This document shows, one piece after another, positions 35,985-43,430 of a stretch of 43,430 bases of DNA. The position numbers and the translations under genes were made by a program. The notes beneath the pieces were generated by a model, which saw only the letters and a list, made by a program, of their open reading frames with translations, did not search any database and had not been told where the DNA came from. Origin of the DNA: Octopus sinensis (taxonomy: Eukaryota); NCBI RefSeq assembly GCF_006345805.1, contig NW_021835187.1, forward strand, positions 1 through 43,430. Direction: 5' to 3'. Each line of letters starts with the position of its first letter. The stretch's first letter is position 1.

Positions 35985-36152
35985 CCACGGTCTGGCAGAA
36001 TCGCTACCACGTTGGGCGAAATGCTTAGCGGCATTTCATCCATCTTTACGTTCAGAGTTCAGAATCCACCGACGTCGACTTTGACGTTCGTTCTTTCGTG
36101 ATCGATAAATTAAGTACCAGTTGATTCCTGAGATCGATGTAATCGTCTTAAC
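35985..36152 (+). mobile_element. SINE family B, older copy
   Basis: ctggcagaatcgctaccacgttgggcgaaatgcttagcggcatttc...gagttcagaatcc...tcgataaattaagtaccag...atcgatgtaatcg. Confidence 0.85.
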
Positions 36153-36583
36153 TAATCCTAGGTATCAGTATAAAAACGTACCCTTCTGCCAAGCCTTGTT
36201 GAGCAAGTGTGGAGAGTAGATTCATCAAACTAATATGATCTCAAGCTGAAATTTCTGCCTCCACACCAGATCGTGGTTGGGAGAGAGAACATGATGAAGC
36301 CTTCTTCCTGCAGTATACTAAATATAGGCAATTCAATACAATCCAGTCCAATCACGTGTCTAAGAGACTATGACTTGAATCGTTAAAGCTTCTCTCAATA
36401 TTTGTTCGGGGTTTCGGAGTTAAAATCCTATCGATATCAGTTGTGTTCTTCATACTTCCGAGATTTGATAATAAAAAAAGGATCTGTGGGAACGTTTCTT
36501 CCCTTGCTCTCTCCGTACTGTGCGCAGACAAAATTATGTTGTATTATGAAGAAAAACGAAGACAGTGGAAAACTACCTTTGTA

Positions 36584-37140
36584 TTGGGTTGTCCGGAAAG
36601 TTCGTGCCGATTCATAGTAGCTTACCTTTCGACATATTTTAGAACACGGTTGAGTCCATTAAATATAATTTGACTACACATCCATTTAGACCACAGTTTA
36701 AGCTATCTTTTCGTGGAAGAATGTTTATGTTCTTATAACCAGTGTTAATTCTGTAACCCTTTAAAATGGAAAATAAGAAAGTTCATTCGCGGCACTTGAT
36801 GCTTTGGTAACAAGACAAAAATTGCTGCAGCTCGACTGGGATGTGTTACCTCTCGCTTCATATTCACCAGATATTGCTCCTTCGGATTTTCACTTATTCA
36901 GGTCTCTGCAGAATAGTCTTAATTTCAATTCCTTGGTTGACGTAAAAAGATACCTTGATGAATTCTTTGCCATGAAACCACCTCTATTCTGAGAAGAGGG
37001 TATTTTCAAGTTAAAGGAAAGATGGAGACGCATTGTGCAACAAAATGGTTAATATTTGGTTGATTAAAAATGTAATGGCAAGTATTTATTGACGTTTTTC
37101 TTTCCTTGAAAAATTGGCACTGACTTTCCGGACAACCCAA
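36584..37140 (+). mobile_element. Internally deleted mariner (mellifera-subfamily-like), 557 bp
   Basis: 29-bp TIRs ttgggttgtccggaaagttcgtgccgatt and aattggcactgactttccggacaacccaa match at 26/29, with TA flanks at 36582-36583 and 37141-37142. Confidence 0.95.
36766..37065 (+). pseudogene. Mariner transposase remnant: N-terminal 13 aa fused out of frame to the C-terminal about 85 aa
   Basis: MENKKVHSRHLML is followed by LVTRQKLLQLDWDVLPLASYSPDIAPSDFHLFRSLQNSL...KERWRRIVQQNG. The YSPDIAPSD motif is the mariner YSPDLAP(S)D; there are in-frame TGA and TAA stops. Confidence 0.93.
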
Positions 37141-38065
37141 TATTTTCCCAGGAAAAAAAAAACACCTTGCGATGCACGTAACTATTGCTAAGCAAGTTGC
37201 AATGGAGCCGTTCGTCGATCTGACAGAGCATTCGTTTTAAACTCATCATCCATAGCCACGAAGTTGATCGGCTCTCTTGAAATAGCAAATATCTGAACCA
37301 GTGGCTTAAATGAATGAGAGCTGATTTTGACACCGTTTTCCTCGATAAACAAATGTACGTATGCATGTATGTGTGTATGTAAACAGGCATCACCTAGGGT
37401 TAAATATCAACAACATTTTATGTTTATACGACCTCACGAAGAACTCAGTATCTTTTGCTCAACCTGTGTGAAACATCACACAAATCTCCATTAAATTTTA
37501 TTCTACCATCTTAAATCACCCATCTATTTTATTTATTTATTTATTATTCTGAAGGTCTTATCGATCAAGATGCGCTCGATCAGAACTGATCTTGAATACA
37601 CTGCAGCTGCTAAAGTTCACACTGATATTTTAAAACGAAGTCTAAGTACAAAGGCAAATGAATGAATTATATGACAGAGGATTTTTCAAAAGAAAAAAGC
37701 GAATTTAAAGTCATTTACGTTTGGACAAACAGATATTTTTTTTTATTGAAAACATAAACGTGCATTCACGTTATTTATTATTTATTTTTTGTTTGTTTCA
37801 TGGTTTTAAATTCCAGATTAGTCATCAAAAACTTTAATTAAATTCATCCAAAATTGCTATAATGCTACCCGAACGAGATTGATCTCACATAGATCTTGTG
37901 AAAGAAAAGTTGAAAGTTTATTTTCTCATCCAATAAGAATCTCGCATTTAATTTTAACTTTAAATGAAATGTCTAGAAATTTCTGCACCACCGAGAATTC
38001 GATGTTTTTCAAAAGGCAACCGAGTTTGAATTTCACTCTGTATGTGTGAGCATGTATGAGCATGC

Positions 38066-38103
<38 letters not shown>

Positions 38104-38658
38104 TTACATACATACAAACATATAATGTACATACTACAACTATACATATACATACACATATACATACATACATACACATATAGGCTACACATATACGTTT
38201 GTGTATAACAATGTATATATATATATATATATCAATCTAATCTGCTTACAAATATGGGCATAAATCAGTACTCTAATTCACAGGAGACGATATGGAATTA
38301 ATGTTTCCTTTAGATTTAAAATTGATTTTGTAACCAACTGAGGCGTGTTACCCATAAATTTAAATACTACATTTGCTTCTTATATTAACGATACAATGTT
38401 TATAACTATCAATCATAATAATATAGAATGCTTTAGCCTATTAGTGCATTCACAGTAAAATATCCATTAAAATATGCCTTCTTTTATCTCTGATTGATGT
38501 TACAAGTTTTATGCTATGATGATATCTCTCACTGTATGTTCAAGTTATTCGACAATCGAAATTGATAGCATCTTATACATACATAGACACACTCATACAT
38601 ATATACATACACATATACATACATACATACATACATACATACATACACAAATATATAT

Positions 38659-38725
<67 letters not shown>

Positions 38726-39118
38726 TATGTATGTATATGTTTAAGTAGATGTATGCTGGTACAGATGGAGATTGTTTTAGAAATAAATAATAGTAACCTT
38801 TAAACTGTAACAACGTTTTTTTGTGTCTTTCTTGTGATTTTATGCCTTATTACTTTATAGCATCATAAAAGCATTCCTTTTATTTTCGTTATAGTTTTTT
38901 TTTTTAGCATCCGTGTAATTTTGCTGATAAAAATAATTAAAATATTACATTTTCTATCGCCATATCCGGATACCCTCATCATTCCGGGTTGGTTGCATAT
39001 TGGGAACTTACTGAAAAAGCAAAGCAAATCTATTTTCAATCTACTTACCAAAAGTCGTATGATCAAAGGACAATTAACAAAAAAAAAAAAAGCCTCTTAT
39101 TGTTTCGTCTTGTTCCAG

Positions 39119-39161
39119 CCATCAAACTAGTTGTAATTCTTGGTAACAAATCACATAGCAG
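39119..39161 (+). CDS. Candidate 43-nt exon (IKLVVILGNKSHS), or a non-coding exon
   Basis: Strong acceptor ttattgtttcgtcttgttccag| and strong donor CAG|GTGAGT; one frame is open (phase 1 to phase 2). Confidence 0.4.
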
Positions 39162-39392
39162 GTGAGTAACATTGAAAACTTTCAGTTTATAAATGTCACT
39201 GCTATGATCTTTTAACTAACGTGCAAATACTGTCTTATAAGGGATTAAAATGACTAAATATAGTATTTTGTATTTTATATGATAGAATAACTGATTCAGT
39301 TCACCAGACATGCAACTGTGAATCATATCAATATCTATTATATATTACATAAATTACATCCACAAACCGTTCTAAATTGAAACTATTTACAG

Positions 39393-39527
39393 CGTGACTT
39401 GGTCTCCTATAAAATATGCCAGGTTTTCCTCTAATCACGGCCTCATGTTGTGGATAAGAAAGTGAAACCGGGTTTATCCTGTATTCATTAAGGACAAATC
39501 GTACATTATGGAGAGCTTGGGCCAGAA
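39393..39527 (+). CDS. Candidate 135-nt phase-2 exon containing an in-frame TGA (39463-39465)
   Basis: Acceptor tatttacag| and donor AA|GTAAAT; phase matches the preceding candidate exon. Confidence 0.2.
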
Positions 39528-39723
39528 GTAAATATCTTATAACAAGCAATACGGTATAGACGAAGTCAAATTTAAGGGTATTTTCAATAAACTTTCAAAT
39601 CAAGCAGTATCGTGTGCGCTGTGAAATTATAACACTATGAATGTATTAATTTACGGTGTTAATGTTTGTAATGGAGTTGATCGTACAAAGAATACCTTAT
39701 GGCTAGACGGTAATGTTAAAACG

Positions 39724-39888
39724 TCTGTCGTTACGTTGTGAGCTCAAATTCCGCCGAGGTCGACTTTGCCTTTCATCCTTTCGGGGACGATAAATTAAGT
39801 ACCAGGGGTCGATGTAATCGACTTAATACCTATGTCTGTCCTTGTCTGTCCCCTCTATGTTTAGCCCCTTGTGGATAATAAAGAAATA
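39724..39888 (+). mobile_element. SINE family B, 5'-truncated, 15-bp TSD
   Basis: TSD ggtaatgttaaaacg at 39709-39723 and 39889-39903. Confidence 0.93.
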
Positions 39889-40179
39889 GGTAATGTTAAA
39901 ACGAAAGACTGATCTACCAACCAATAACGGCTGCAATCTATCCGGCTCACTTCAACAGATTTCTCTTCTTCATTGTCTTACTCAGAAAGCTCGATCCAAC
40001 ATAAACCATTGTAGAAGATGCCCAAATGCGACGTACAGTAGAACTCCGAAGCGTATATGCGTTGAAACCTTTTAACCAAGCTATTGATTATGTATCTAAG
40101 TAGTCCCCATGATCCGCGTAATCGCTAAACAGTAGACCAATATTTCACAATCTTTACTATTGCATTTTTTTCTCGAAAT

Positions 40180-40385
40180 AAGGCGGCTATCTGGCAGATA
40201 GTTAACACGACGGGCAAAATGCTTAGCTTCATTTCGTCCGTCTTTACGGTATAAGTTCAAAATTCCGACGAGGTCGACTTTCGGGGTCGATGAAATAAGT
40301 ATCAGTTACGCATTGGTGTCGATATAATCGATAAGGTCCCACCCAACAATCTTCAGGTCTTGTGCCTATAGTAGAAAGAATTACT
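40180..40385 (+). mobile_element. SINE family B, older copy, tail type 1
   Basis: aggcggctatctggcagatagttaacacg...agttcaaaattccgacgaggtcgac...ggtcttgtgcctatagtagaaag. Confidence 0.85.
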
Positions 40386-40560
40386 CTTTCTCAAATGTTA
40401 AGAGATGAGCGGAATCATCAGCGCGTAGAACAAAACTCTTAGGGGTAAATATTCGAACTATTTGCATCCTGCGCTCAAATCATGCCACGGTTACCTTTAC
40501 CGTCTTTTCTTTAACAGTCGATAATATATGTACCTCTTGAACAAGACTGTGGTCAATGTA

Positions 40561-40714
40561 ATCGACTCATCACCATCTCATAGTCTGTTGAAATTTGAAA
40601 CCATCATTTCTCTCAAAATAATGTCATTTAAAAAACAATCGACTCATCACCATCTCATAGTCTGTTAAAATTTGAAACCATCATTTCTCTCAAAATAATG
40701 TCATTTAAAAAACA
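40561..40714. repeat. 77-bp direct tandem duplication
   Basis: atcgactcatcacc...aaaaaca occurs at 40561 and 40638 with one substitution (ctgttg/ctgtta). Confidence 0.95.
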
Positions 40715-40972
40715 AAAATACAATCATCAAATAAGATAATACACAAAACCCGTTGTAAAATTTTGATTATCGTACGTTTTATTGTTTGAAGTTCTCCTCT
40801 TTATACTTCGATTTAGTCAGATGACACAGTTCCGTCCAAGGTCTGTGTGTCATTAAACTTTTCTCTATTCACTCACTTCATTTTCTTTTGCACCTTTGCT
40901 TACGCTAGTTTAAATTATATTTTATACAGTGAATATTGGTGTGTATTTTATACGTTTATGTGTTATAGCCAT

Positions 40973-42182
<1,210 letters not shown>

Positions 42183-43129
42183 TTGAGAGAGGGAGAAAAA
42201 GAGAGTGAGAGGAAAGGGAGAGAAAGAGACAGACATAAAGGGATCACGGGGAATTGGTGAAACGAAAACTATAAGAAACGGTTTAGTAATAAAGAAAGCG
42301 CGAGATAAACAAAACATGAGACACAGGCAGACACTTCGAAATACATGCAAAACACAGACAGATAGGCAAAACAGACGGACAGACAGATAATCAGACAGAC
42401 AGGCAGACAAGACGACTACTAAAATCCGTACATTTGAGATTCGCTTCACGTGAGATGAAATTGAGAGAAATAACTGTGAAGACTGTGGTGAACTTATACC
42501 ATTAAAAGAGGCATTTATATCAAAGCATTTACTTTTACTTGTATGCCTTATGGCAAGAAATGGCTGTGAAAAGGTCTTTGATAGTACCACCTATTGCTAA
42601 AATCAACCCCAAGGGGTAAACAGAGTCTCGCACGCCATGTAAGAAGGGATTTTAAATGAGTGAGATGGCGCTTCCGGTTGTTCTTTCTTAACGTGTCGCC
42701 ATCGTAGTCATTGTTTTCATCTTCAGCATTTTGGCTTAACATGCATTCTTCTCATTTGACATCTCTAGTAAATGAACTGAACTAATGATATTTACGCGTA
42801 TCATATATCAAACAAGCGTTTTCCCAACGTTACACGTACGTACAACCACATGTATACGCAATTATACACAGTTATGAATGTACAAGCTGACACAGACAGA
42901 CACTCACGCACACGTTCACGCACACACAGTCACACAGTCGCACATAAGCACACGTGCGCACACAAACGCATACTCATGTAGACATTCACACATACGCATA
43001 TTTGAGTATAAAACAACGCTCTCACTCATGTATATATTTTTCGCTTATGTAGTACCTATGTACAGATAAATAGGCACTATGCATATCTACACGTGTGCGC
43101 ATATATACATATATATATATAATATATAT

Positions 43130-43171
<42 letters not shown>

Positions 43172-43326
43172 TACTTACATGCATACACACATACATATAT
43201 ACACACACACATATTTATATATATATTCTATATTTAGAAGTAGCAAAGTGACTCAAGGTTCGAGAGTTTCGCGCGTCGGGACATATATATAATATATATA
43301 TATATACATGTATATATATATACGTG

Positions 43327-43357
<31 letters not shown>

Positions 43358-43384
43358 ATATATATATATTGATTGATTGATTGA

Positions 43385-43430
43385 TTCTAGTTTCAGCTCA
43401 TGAGCTGTGGCCATGCTGGGGCACCGCCAT
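43385..43430 (-). mobile_element. 3' tail of a family-A-related SINE, cut by the window edge
   Basis: tctagtttcagctcatgagctgtggccatgctggggcaccgcc, the same variant as 1495-1538. Confidence 0.8.

Noticed and set aside
37822-38049. 75-codon plus-strand open frame with a possible GTATGT donor
   Set aside because: The stronger acceptor (ttccag at 37816) leads to stops in all frames; AT-rich with no recognisable motif.

Overview
This is AT-rich, repeat-saturated eukaryotic DNA that is mostly intronic or intergenic. The SINE repertoire and microsatellite density point to an octopus (coleoid cephalopod) genome; that assignment is an inference. No complete gene, RNA gene or CRISPR array can be read directly, and almost all ORFs in the track are translations of microsatellites or SINEs. 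Well supported: about 25 copies or fragments of three or four tRNA-headed SINE families, several with 13-16 bp target-site duplications (TSDs); two 3' fragments of RTE-type LINEs; an internally deleted mellifera-like mariner with intact terminal inverted repeats (TIRs); a pogo/Tigger-like MITE; a 1.2-kb TG...CA solo-LTR-like insert inside a SINE's (TA)n tract; and a 1.59-kb near-identical tandem duplication. Less certain: a probable hAT MITE, a non-autonomous Helitron and a Helentron-type (HINE) end. The most interesting signal is two copies of a Penelope-type minimal hammerhead ribozyme motif, each with a different core mutation. A few splice-bounded open segments suggest a long-intron minus-strand gene (candidate exons at about 14.8, 10.0, 1.8 and 0.76 kb) and possibly a divergent plus-strand gene, but I cannot name the products. 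I do not see a new multi-gene system; any novelty lies in RNA motifs and repeat architecture.
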